This document shows, one piece after another, positions 10,601 through 21,524 of a DNA stretch of 40,161 bases. The position numbers were made by a program, and so were the translations under genes. Numbering within the stretch: the first letter of the stretch is position 1; the number at the start of each line of letters is the position of its first letter. The notes below the pieces were generated by a model. That model ran no database searches, was not told the origin of the DNA, and saw nothing but the letters and a program-made list of their open reading frames with translations. The stretch spans positions 124,001 through 164,161 of the forward strand of contig JALAGF010004754.1 in assembly GCA_030167865.1 (NCBI GenBank), written 5' to 3'. Origin of the DNA: Craspedostauros australis. Its lineage: Eukaryota.

Positions 10601-13600
10601 GATACTCGATGATTGTTTGGCAGGCTCCGGCTTCGATCCAACACTATCTCCACCGATGAATTTCTTCACCACTTCGATTACATCCGTGATACCATCTGAT
10701 GACGATTTTTATTCCAATTTCAATTCCAATCTCGGTGTCGATTGCAGAAGCAGAGCGCGATAGAACAGAGCATAGTATGAAAGTTGATTGCGTGAGAAGG
10801 GATCATGTTCCTGAATGAAAGCCAGGCTAGACGCGGCTGTGTCGGAAGGGGTACTATTCAGTGCCGTCTCCGATCATGTACCGACTCCTCTTCCGCCAGA
10901 CAGTGCGTGATTCCTGGGACACTCGTACGTACCTGTCTGTGGGATTTGGAAAACACCATGTCTTCCGAGCTCGATCGCCCCGGCCCCTGGCAGGAAACTC
11001 GCGAATGGAAAATTTCCATGAGGAACGAAACTGTCGTCTCCTGGACAATCTCGTAAGATCGGAACGTCGCCGCCATGACCCAGGGAGGATTCAAGCGTCT
11101 TCCATTCGTCTGGTTCAGCTAGGCTTGCCGTGCACCCATCATACGTCAGGTAGATGCTAGTCCTTTCTGCCGCAGTTGACGAGCTTCGAACCGAGAGTTC
11201 GAACGCATACTTCCTTGATTCTGCGAATGCCGAATGCGATCGGTCACAGCGAGCGTATGGGGTTTGGTGAACAATCACGGGGTGGGAAGAAATGAAGGAT
11301 ATTGTAGGTGATGAGGCCAATGCGAATTTTGATATAAATGCATTGTGGGAGGCCGATATTTGTGTTTCGGACATGACACCACCGCACTGTACCGCATTGC
11401 GACGCAGAATGGTTTGTACTGCTCATGAGGTCGATTGAGGAAACATGGCCTGTGCACAATTGCGCGCGAAGATTCACCCTCATTGTATTTCGCCCCCTTT
11501 CGTGCTACTTACCGCCTGCGACCACGACATTCCTTTGTGGCGCCCCGAAAAGGACCCTCTTGTCCGTAGTCTCTTGAGCATCAGGCTTGGAAGATTTGGC
11601 GATCTTCTCTCTCCTATCTGATGCTGACAGCTTCGCTTGTGCCTTCTTCTGCTGAGTCGCCTTTGCTTGTTGCGGCGAAATATCAGCGATGTGATCCAAA
11701 CCAGCTTTTCTCAACGCCTTCCTCACCTGCGCTTTCCAGCCACTCACTGAAGCAATAGCGCCCATCCCCTTGAGCACAGACATTTGCTTCGTCACACGCC
11801 AACTCACAAAGGCTTTGGCCACCCTCGTTGTTCTCGATGACAGGAATTCTTCTGCGGTCGTGATGCCCAACGTTGCCAAGAAGGATTTCGATATGTTGGA
11901 AAGATGATCATACGGCTGCTTTGGGGGGCCTCCTTGCTTTTGGCCTCGTTTTGGCGTTGGTGGTGGGACTGCTGCCTTTGCTGGTGCTGCCGGTGGCGGC
12001 GAAGCCGACGAGATCGGCTTGACTGGTACCGGCTTGACTGGTACCGGCTTTACTGGTACCGGTTTTACTGATACCGGCTTTACTGATACCGACTTTACTG
12101 GTGCCGGCTTCGGCTGTGTCTTTGGTTCCGTCTTTGCTGCTTGCACGTTTGCTTTCGGCTTTGGCGATGTTGGTGCAGGTGCTGGGGTTTTCGCCGCTGC
12201 GGCAGCGCTCTGAGCACTTTGAGCCTTTTGAGGCACAGCTGATGATGTTGGAAATTTCTGTATGAGCTCGATCACTTTCTCGGCTTTGCGACACCAGCTC
12301 GCCACGATTTTCGTGGCTTCGGTCTCATCCACCGGCGCACCCTCGGTTTGCTGTCGCACGGTACTGACAAGATTCACAAGCTCTGTGGCGGAGGTTTCCT
12401 TGGCGGCCAACAATTGCTCAGGAGTTGCGATTCCGATCTTCTTCAGCTCTGATCTGTATGCTTCCTCGCAGACCTTGGCCAAGTGAATAACCTTTCTGGA
12501 ATGGACAGCCCTTGTCCGTGGTGTGGTGTCATCTTGTTTCGCCTTCGGCTTTGGCTTTGCCTTCTCACCCGCAGCTTCCAGCGCCTGCATTTTGAATTGC
12601 AATTCTTCCTCTCGCTCTGACTCCTTGAGAAAGTCGATGTTTATAATGACGGAGCCAGTGAAGTGTTCGCAATCCATGACCTCCTTGACCACAGCCTTCC
12701 AAGATGAGATCATTGCCACTTTACCCGTACCCTTGAGAGGCACCATGCCCTTCTGCTCCCTCCATAGCACCAGGCGATCCGCGAGACTTTTAGTTTGCAT
12801 ATCGGCGAAAGATCGGGCGCACGTGATCTTGAGATGGTTGATCGTAAATGCTGTTGCCGCACCCGTGAGAGCAACCAGAGCACCGCTCGTCCAGGATCTG
12901 GTGAACTGATCCAGCACTTCCTTCGTTCCGAATGCATGTTCTACCCTAAGCCCAATGCTCACGAGGTACTTCGCCAAGACAGCGACTGTATATCCGGGAA
13001 GATCGCAGTTGCGACGCCAAATTCTGAACATATCGACGGCTCTCCCGGATTCAGTCTTCCGCAACTCCATGAATTGCCACAGAGTGGTGACGTTCACAGA
13101 GTTCAAGAAATTCTGTAGGCACTTGGACAGCAAGGTGGAAATTGGTCCATCCAATACAAATTGTTGCTCGACTGGGATGGCCTTCACACCAGACGCCTGC
13201 GCTGTCTCGTAGGAATTGATACGATTCTTCCATTCCTCTACCTTGGACTGTACCATCTCGTCTGTTGCGTGCCCCTCGCGTGTAGAAGACGATTCCGTAG
13301 CCGCCGCTGGAACAGAGGCTTTGGCCGTGCCTGTAGTGGGGGTCGCCGTCGTGGCTGCCGTTACGGCCGTCGTGGTTGTTGTTTGGCCATTGTTCTGCGT
13401 CTGTTCCTGATTGTCTCCCACAGCAGCTACGCGTTGGTTGGTTGCCGGGGTTGCCGAGTTCTGCGACGACGACATTTGGGCACAACCACGCTGGGTGATG
13501 GCATCTTCGCCGTTCACAATCTCCATCGGAGCAGGCTTTGCCGAGTGGTTCGTGTTGGCTTGTTGGGTGGCGCCTTGAGAAACCGGGGCTGGCTTCGGAA

Positions 13601-15077
13601 ACAGCTTGCTGCGCTTGAGCTTGTCGAACAGCTCCTTCCGCAGAGCCTGTCTTCGTTCCTCCTCGTTGGCGCTGTCATTGGATTCCATTTCAAGAATCCA
13701 ACGAAGCTGATTCAGGGTGAAAATCCACATGGCTGATCCCAAGAAGTTGCAATCCTCGACAGGCAGCACGATTGAAAGGTCGATCTTCGCTTTTAACAGT
13801 TTTTCGACAGTGTCTTTCTCCTTTCGACCGTGAAGCGATCTCTTCGACTTCGCCATGGGCTTTCTCTTCTTGGTCTCCTTCGCCTTTGCTCCTTTTGGCG
13901 CTCCTGGTTTCGACGAGGTCTGTGCTTGCGCCTCTGCCTGTGGCGGAGACTTGCGAGCTGTCGTAGATGATGACAACTGCGCGCCGTTCGTTGCCTGTCC
14001 CTTCTGCCAACCCAAGATGGCAGCAACAACATCAGGTCGCATGCTTTCCTGCTTCCGCTTTTTGGGGCTCGACTCTGCCACATCCTTGCTTGAGGTATCT
14101 GCGTTCTCACGGACGCTTTCCTCCTCACTGTCGTTGCTTATATCGATATGTACGGGCTTGGCTCTGGCTTGAGGCTTGCTGTCGCCACCGTCGTTGTTGT
14201 TCATGATGCGTGTGCTATTGTTTGCAGTGTTTGTGTTTGTGTTTGTGTTGTTGACGGTGTCATTGTCATTGTTCGCATCTGGGGAGCTGGGAGCTGAAGA
14301 ATCCTCTGTATCATCGATCGTAATCGTGACGGGTGCTGCAGCAGTTGCCCCCCGGACCACAATCTGTTCTCTATTTGGACTTGCCGTAGATAGTGGGGCG
14401 CTGTCTGGTACGGCTACGGCCGTAGCCATGGCCGGCATGGTGATGTATTGCTGGTACTGGAGCGGCATGAGAGAAGTGCCTGCAGTCGTTCGGATGTAGG
14501 TTGCAGGGGCGGGACCTCCGCTGTAGGCCACGTTGGTGCCAACTTGGACGAGGGCAGGATGTTGGACATTCAATGCAATTGGACTGCTGTAGAGCGTTCC
14601 ATCACTTTGTCGATGCAATATGTGTGCCGATGGAGGAAACACTCGTGCGTACCGGTTGTTCAAGCGACGTCGTTTGGCTTCTGCGTCTTGACTCGCAAAC
14701 ATGAGTCCGTTCGATCCAGCAGCGATCGCTTCACGAGTCAAGCTCGTAGCGCTCATGCGCTGTGTGAGGATTTCCTGTCGAGCGGCCGTGGTGGCCATCG
14801 TGGAGACCGGCGCACGTGCTACCGTCAACGGTATCCCCATGCGTGGAAGTGTTCCTATGTTGGCAATCATCCCTGGCTGATGGATGTGACGGTAGGCAAC
14901 GGCCGCACTCTCACCGTCCAGACCATCCTGTGGATACGCGAATTGCAGAGTTGCGGCGCGACCAGGCGCTGGCTCTTCTGATGGATTTTCTTGACTATCC
15001 GGTCTGGCGGCGCTGCTGTTATGGCCATTGCCAACACTCCCGTCTTCGTTCCCATGATGGCTCGACGTCCACTCCAT
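7682..15077 (-). CDS. Large multidomain putative chromatin protein (~2288 aa) with MRG-like domain; exons 15077-11513, 11220-10933, 10695-7682
   Basis: Two phase-1 GT-AG introns (11512-11221, donor gtaagt; 10932-10696, donor gtacgt) join three ORF-track ORFs into one frame. MRG signature PSKVYGCQYLMRFLLTLPNIL..ELVDFLATNHADLF. C-terminal VGFPGLLCKHC..HFGRC module. Confidence 0.8.
12015..12104 (-). repeat. Six 15-bp coding tandem repeats encoding (P/S)VKPV-type units
   Basis: Plus-strand unit cggctt(g/t)actg(g/a)tac x6; protein PVKSVSVKPVSVKPVPVKPVPVKPVPVKP. Confidence 0.92.
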
Positions 15078-17339
15078 TGCGACCGTGTTTGGTTGCGTCC
15101 TCGCCGCCGATTGCGTGTAGACTATGATTTGGTGCTAGGCCTCACGTTGGTACTGTACGTACCCAATGGTCCAGAACGGTGTTGCTACCAGCCCAATACT
15201 GTTCCCTGCACCTATTAAATGATACGTGCGTATTGATATGGATGATAGTGAGGCTGAGCAACGAGTAGTCAGTATACGCTAGAATATGGATGCAGAGTAG
15301 GGCAGAGTACTCTACGCAAGTATCGAGGAGGTGGCGATAGAGCATGGTATGGCATGGTATGGTGTAAAAGGTGGCAGGTGAGCAAGAAAGCAGTGAACTG
15401 CGGTGTGAGAATTGTGGGGTTGGTTGTTGTGTGTGGTGAATGTCTGTAGAGTCGTGGAGTAAGAGACAATACCAGCGCGAACATCATCGAGTTATCGTGC
15501 AGTAGAGTTTGCGGGTAGAGTCGCGTAGACTGTTCTGGAGAAAACCCTGTCAACAGCCCGATACACGGTTCGTGATTTTTTGGGGGGGAGATTGGTGGGT
15601 GCGAACCGTCTGTGTGGTGACAGTGACCATGACGGAGTTTTGCGCACAAGGTGGCCGAAGTACGCGTAACCCAACGAAGCAGATAGAGTGCCAGCGCAGA
15701 CGGTGGAGAGGAGACCTTTGCCTTCTTGACTTGTACGGAATCCTTGCAAAGTGTTCCCTCTCTGTTGCTGTTGCTGTCTTCGTGAGAGTATCTGCCAATA
15801 GGATGATAGGTATGGTATGGTATGACCTGTTATGATAGCCATGGCTTGCCATACTCATTCATGCCTATCCAAAGCAGACCTACCAACACAATTACGTGCA
15901 CCTACCCCTGGCCTGGACATGAGATTGTCTCTTGTTTTCTTTTTTTTGCCCAACAAGTTCTGGACAGTGCTTGGTTCGTATCGTTGCTGGGTAGGAACGA
16001 GTAGAGTAGGTAAAATCACCTGTACTCGTACTTGTGCGAACCAATTGTCTCGACAAGCGCGGTTTTGGTGTTTACACACATCCAGGGCTGCATGCGTTGG
16101 TTTGCGGCCCTGTGGGTTGTTGGATGGGTGGGTCATTCACGAATGTTTCGTGTCGCAGCAACGCTGCCATGACCCACCGCAGCAGCAGCGCTTTGCGACT
16201 TTTGGCACGCGCACCATCGTCAACCCACCGAACAAGCTTGTGCCAGCGTCTCTGGGACGAGCGATGGCGCAGATACGATAATGTTTGTTACACAACGAAA
16301 TCAAGTTTAACTTGATTTCGCAACCAAATTGCTCGCCAGATCCTGGACCCCAGGACCGGATTCTTACGCAACACATCAAGCATGCCTCAGGCAAGTTCTG
16401 GGCCCGAAGGTCTGGTGTTTGGATGCACTTACATTCAATGTTCATACACAAACCAACGTCGTCGTTTGGATGGGGTAGATGTTTGTGTCTTCGTTTCTGT
16501 TTTGTTTTTGTTTTGCTGTTGCCCTTGCTGGTTTCGTTTCGTTTTGGGTTGGGTGTGCTTGTGTTCGTGGTTTCTCAGCCGTGGGAAGTGCAGTTATGTG
16601 GAGTAGGGTCCCGTACTCTATGTACTCTACCAGTACTCGTGCCACATACTCGCACATACATCCTGGGCAGGCAGCGCAGGTGCTCACCAACAACCAAGGT
16701 TTCGCGTTTGGCTTCTGTGGGGATAGAAAACAAATTTTCCCTATTTTATTGCCTGCACACCATGTTCCTGTAGCGTTGTGTGCATTCAGTACCGTGATCG
16801 TGGCTGCGTACCATTGTCTACCAACTCTTACGTGAGCGCAGCCCCAAGCTTCCCATAATTGGTCGGGAATACGGTTTCCTTTCGGACATTGTCGAGACAA
16901 TACAACATGTCACTAAGAAACTAGTTAAGCACCTTATTCGCCTTTGCCTCAATAATACTGACGGCAAAACATGCGTCGACAGATGGACAATACGAGGTAC
17001 CCATTTCGGCACAGATAGTCGACTGCACGGACTCTGCATCTGTTGTTTCGCCTCCTCGTGCAACTTGCTTCGATCTTCGTTGCCGCCCCACAGATCGTTC
17101 GATCCTGTCTGTACCCGCTTGCGCCACTTTGCGTTGTTGCGAAACAAGCAAGGCAAACGCCACACCACACTCGTACTTGCACCCGCACAGGAGCCCACGT
17201 GGGAACACACAAGACAAGGACGAGACCTGGAAAGAGTGGAACAGAAGAGGATAACACATCACAATATTGTAGAATATAATATATTGTAGTGGAATACAAT
17301 ACAATACTCCCCTCGTATTGACGCAGTGCTGGTGTGACG

Positions 17340-18776
17340 ATGAAGCGAGCGTCGCCGGCATCCATCACGGTGCTGCTGTGCAATTTGGCGGCCGCGACGA
17401 GCGCATTCTCGTTGCTGCCTTCGACCTCACTGCAATCCAACATCAGAATCCATCTTCAGGGCTGCGCTGTGCCGTGTGGCAGGCTGTGGAGTGCGACAGA
17501 CAGCAGCGATCATGCTGATAACGAAAGCGAGAGCGGGGCCACAGCTACGGTCACGGCCACGGCCACAGCCAAGAATGACAGCGGCCGCGACAGCACAAAC
17601 GGTGGACAGCGAAAACCATGCTACTTCCAACGCGTTCCTGGATCGCGGCAATGGTCGGAACGCATCCACCTGTCTGATCTGAAGGTCGGGCAGGAGCTGC
17701 ATGGCACCCTCTCCCAGGAGTACCTGAGCGGCAAAACTGGACCCAAGCTTTACTTCGAATGCGGCGTTGGCACCACGAACGAGTCGGGGGATTGGTCCAT
17801 GGTGTCCGGCATGCTCAGGTTGGGGCGCTCGAAGAAGTCCGTCGCGAAGAAGAGGACGGCCAGGATACGGAAGCGAGGGTTCATAGATCTTTATGTCTCG
17901 CGCATATTCGAGGAGAGCGGGCGGCTGGAGGTGTGCCAGACTCCCGAAGCCGTGGAGGGAGTTGTGTCGAAGCTAAGGCCCATGGTCTCCGCTTCGTCGT
18001 TGCGTCCATCTCAGGTGGTAGAAGGCACGGTGACTCGCTTGGTGCCCTACGGCGCATTCGTGGATGTTGGAGCCAATAGAAACGGTCTGCTTCACATCAC
18101 CAAGGTTGCGGAGCTGTATTCCCAATACATAGACAAGGAGGCTGGCCTCAAGAAAGCAGGCCTGGAGAAAGGTGCCAAGGTGCGCCTCCAGATCCTCAGC
18201 AACGAGAAGAAGAAGGTTGAACTCGACTTCACTGACGACGTTAAGCAGGCGGCAAGAGACGAGCTGGCGAGAGATCAGGCACGACTCGGTACGAAGTCCG
18301 AGTTGCAACCATCATCATCGCCGTCATCAGATTCTGGGACAGCCGGTGCCGTTTCCAGTGCGGCACCAGCTACCGCAGCCGTAGCAGCAACCACCGCCTT
18401 CGGTGTCGCCGCATCGACCGCTACCACAATGCCAACACCCGTGCCAGCTCAACAGGAGGCTGTTGTGCAGGGGGATGACGCGAGTGGAGATGTTGACGAC
18501 AATGACAACGACGGCGATGACCCGCACAGCATCTACGCTGAATACGCCGATGATTACGCCGCTGATTACGCCGACTACACAAAGGAGGACGTAGAGGACG
18601 TCGGCAAAGATAGCGCCAGTAGCACCGACAAGGACACGGATAGTGATAGTGACCGTTCCTACGATGATGGCGACGACGGCGATTACAGCGAATATGACGA
18701 CTACGACGACGAGGACTACGACGACTACGACGAAGAGCGCGACATCGAGGACTCGCTTGGGTTAGGAACGTATTAG
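17340..18776 (+). CDS. Plastid-targeted S1-domain RNA-binding protein with Asp/Tyr-rich acidic tail (478 aa)
   Basis: ATG at 17340; signal peptide ending AAATSA/FSLL (ASAFAP-like). Canonical S1 VVEGTVTRLVPYGAFVDVGANRNGLLHITKV, preceded by a degenerate S1 starting LSDLKVGQELHG. Confidence 0.87.
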   Translation: MKRASPASITVLLCNLAAATSAFSLLPSTSLQSNIRIHLQGCAVPCGRLWSATDSSDHADNESESGATATVTATATAKNDSGRDSTNGGQRKPCYFQRVPGSRQWSERIHLSDLKVGQELHGTLSQEYLSGKTGPKLYFECGVGTTNESGDWSMVSGMLRLGRSKKSVAKKRTARIRKRGFIDLYVSRIFEESGRLEVCQTPEAVEGVVSKLRPMVSASSLRPSQVVEGTVTRLVPYGAFVDVGANRNGLLHITKVAELYSQYIDKEAGLKKAGLEKGAKVRLQILSNEKKKVELDFTDDVKQAARDELARDQARLGTKSELQPSSSPSSDSGTAGAVSSAAPATAAVAATTAFGVAASTATTMPTPVPAQQEAVVQGDDASGDVDDNDNDGDDPHSIYAEYADDYAADYADYTKEDVEDVGKDSASSTDKDTDSDSDRSYDDGDDGDYSEYDDYDDEDYDDYDEERDIEDSLGLGTY

Positions 18777-19058
18777 AGTGAATGAACGAGCGAGCAAACC
18801 AGAGAGAGAGTCAGAGAAGAATGGTATTGTCGTTGACTTGCCATCGCGCATCGTACTCGAGGTACGGTACTTGTGCCACCAAGCAGCGTCGTTAGAGTTG
18901 CGAGAAATCCAATGGATGTCCCCAACTTTTTGAGTCGTCGGATTTAGCAGACGATGGCTATTCGTCTCCCAACACCAACATCGCTCGTAACGATTTAGAA
19001 ACAAATATAATATTAAACACTGCTGCTACGAGTACATATTAATATGCCACCTGTCACT

Positions 19059-21524
19059 CTATGTGCACTGTCTCTTGGAATCCCCCTCCTTCCAGTAATG
19101 CAGCTTGGGCAAGGCCCCGTTCGTCTCGGTCTCTGCCCATTGGCCGCCGTCCAAGTGCAGCTTGGGGCTGTTCACCTCCATCCACACATCCTCCTTCTTT
19201 GGGAATCCGTCCAGGTGTATCCGAACATGTTCTCCTGATGTCTCCGTGATACATCCAGCGAAGCACTGCTCGTCTTCCTCGTCCTTGTTCGACATGTCCA
19301 CGCTGCTGCCGTTGCCTTTGTCATCGATGCCGGTGATTGTTGTTGGTGTTGGTGTTCCTGCTGCTGCTGCTGCTGCTGTTGGTGTTGCTGTTGCTGTTGT
19401 TCCCGTGCCGCCACCAGCAGATGCAAGGCTACCTTTGCTCGAAGCGTAATTGCCCTTGCCCTTGCCTGTAGCGGTGATTCCATTTCTGGGACTGTCGCTG
19501 CTGTTGTTGTTGCTGCTACTCCTAATCTCAGTCTCTGAAACATCCACAGGGAGGATGCAGAGCACGCGCGTGGCGGGTCTTGCCATCTTGCGTGGCAGAG
19601 GCTTGGCAAGGTGCCACATTTCAGGTGCTTGTTTGGCAGTCTGCTGTTTCCTCTTCCTTCCGTTGCCATTCTTCCCCCTCCTGGACCTCTTGCTTGCTGA
19701 CGGAGGTGCCATGATCTCGATCCAGAACTCCTTGCGCAACTGCTGTTTGCTCATCAGCGCAGGATCCGACGGAGTCTGCTGTGCGGTTTGCGCGGCCTGG
19801 ATAGATTTTCGCTTGCGCTTGGCCATCGATTTCTTGGCCAGCTGGAATGCCCAGTCCTTCCATGATAATCTGACCGAGTCCTCCTCCTCGCGTTGATCAT
19901 CGTCGTACTCGACGAGCAAACGCGAGAACTTGTGCATGTCGATCGAGACGGAATCGGGTCGGCACATGCACACCCCGGCCAATTTGCCGTACGGAACCCA
20001 TTCCGGAACTGCAAAGTTGGTCGCTTCCGCAACGTTGAAGCCTGCGTTGAAGCCAAAATGATACCCGCCCGGGAAGGTGATCATCGTGTCACCCGGATAC
20101 TGTATCATCATCGTGAATGGAATGCCAGCTTTCCGCAAGGTCTGTGGCGACAGCAGACAGCGTTTGTGCCGCAGGTACTGATCGCAGGACGTCTTGGATT
20201 CGTGGTAATGCATGCCGCAGAATGCCTCCAGCCGCTTTGATGGCTCGCCTGGAGCGACCGCGTACCAAACCTTGGGAGCGCCGGCATGCAGATAGTTGAT
20301 CGAGAGCAGGTTCATGTCCTCGGTGTGCGCGCAGAAGACAGAGGCCCACATTCCGAAGTACAGGTACGGCGTTGTGACCCCTGGTATGCCTTTCGTGTTG
20401 GAACTTGAAGCGGCCCCGTCGGACGAAGACAGCGTGCTCTCGTGCCACTGTTCGTCCGACAACAACAGCTGAAGGCACGATTCTAACCTCGAAATGTTCC
20501 AGCCCTGACAGGTGTGCGAACCGAACAACGTGCCTTCCATGTCAGCGCCGTACATGGACGGCTGCATGGTGGGCCCCAACCGCTTCCAAAACTTTCGTTC
20601 CAACACCTTCATGTCTTCCTCGCCGTACTCCATCAGCTCTGAACTGTTTCGCACTTGCTTCTCTATGTACGCGTCCGCCTTCTCCCTGAATTCGGAGACC
20701 GTGGTTTCTGGCATATCAAGGAAGGTGTATTCGTAGATACCTCCAATCCCCCGTATGCACTGCTTTATCGGCGACGGTATCCTGAACGATCCGAGCTCCG
20801 TCCCAGCCTCCCAATTCGGACCACGGGCCGTCTGATCATTTCCAATATCCGTCTTGGGCCACAGATCCTTCGGAAGTCGCACCTTTGCCATCCCCTGCAC
20901 GTACTTGGTCGCTGGAGCGTTGATCACCTCACATAGCGGGTCTCTGCTGACAGAGATTGGCCTTCTCCTTCGGGTGTTGTGCGAGTGCTTGCGAGATTGC
21001 GCGTGCTCATTTTGGCGCCGGCGCTGATGGCCAGATTGCTTGCGGCCCGGAGATGAAGCTGACGACGTCTTCGAACGCGAAGAGGCCATCGGAAGGGAGA
21101 CGGATTTGCGTCGGCCAGAGGCACGTGGCTGTGAATTGCTGTCGTCCGTGTCCGTCACTGCGCTTGCGCTGTCATCGGCTGTTGTTTTCGCAGCCCCATC
21201 TTCGTCTTCGTTTTTGTCAATGACAGGGCCAGACTTATCGTTCGCTCCATCGTTGTTGTCACTATTGTTGGCATCGCTCCTGCTATCATTGTCGTCGTCG
21301 TCGTCGTCATCATCATCATCGTTGTCCTCGTAGTGATCGTAGTCAGACTCGGCGTGCTCTTCAGCCTTCTTGAGCACGACGAAGCGAACGTAATCGGAGA
21401 AGGTGATCCTCTTCAGCTCGTCAATCGTCGGCTCGTGTACATGACATGGCTTTGGACACGATTGGGTTGAGTTCCTGAAGCTCTCACCCTCCGCCAGGAC
21501 TCTGGCATCTCTTCCCCGCTTCAT
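19059..21524 (-). CDS. KDM4/JMJD2-type JmjC histone demethylase (821 aa) with C-terminal Tudor/chromo-barrel-like domain
   Basis: GVTTPYLYFGMWASVFCAHTEDMNLLSINYLHAGAPKVWY, GGYHFGFNAGFNVAEATNFA. Fe ligands HxE..H are intact; KDM4 Zn ligands CDQYLRH and CMC are present. Confidence 0.93.
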   Translation of the reverse strand: MKRGRDARVLAEGESFRNSTQSCPKPCHVHEPTIDELKRITFSDYVRFVVLKKAEEHAESDYDHYEDNDDDDDDDDDDNDSRSDANNSDNNDGANDKSGPVIDKNEDEDGAAKTTADDSASAVTDTDDSNSQPRASGRRKSVSLPMASSRSKTSSASSPGRKQSGHQRRRQNEHAQSRKHSHNTRRRRPISVSRDPLCEVINAPATKYVQGMAKVRLPKDLWPKTDIGNDQTARGPNWEAGTELGSFRIPSPIKQCIRGIGGIYEYTFLDMPETTVSEFREKADAYIEKQVRNSSELMEYGEEDMKVLERKFWKRLGPTMQPSMYGADMEGTLFGSHTCQGWNISRLESCLQLLLSDEQWHESTLSSSDGAASSSNTKGIPGVTTPYLYFGMWASVFCAHTEDMNLLSINYLHAGAPKVWYAVAPGEPSKRLEAFCGMHYHESKTSCDQYLRHKRCLLSPQTLRKAGIPFTMMIQYPGDTMITFPGGYHFGFNAGFNVAEATNFAVPEWVPYGKLAGVCMCRPDSVSIDMHKFSRLLVEYDDDQREEEDSVRLSWKDWAFQLAKKSMAKRKRKSIQAAQTAQQTPSDPALMSKQQLRKEFWIEIMAPPSASKRSRRGKNGNGRKRKQQTAKQAPEMWHLAKPLPRKMARPATRVLCILPVDVSETEIRSSSNNNSSDSPRNGITATGKGKGNYASSKGSLASAGGGTGTTATATPTAAAAAAGTPTPTTITGIDDKGNGSSVDMSNKDEEDEQCFAGCITETSGEHVRIHLDGFPKKEDVWMEVNSPKLHLDGGQWAETETNGALPKLHYWKEGDSKRQCT

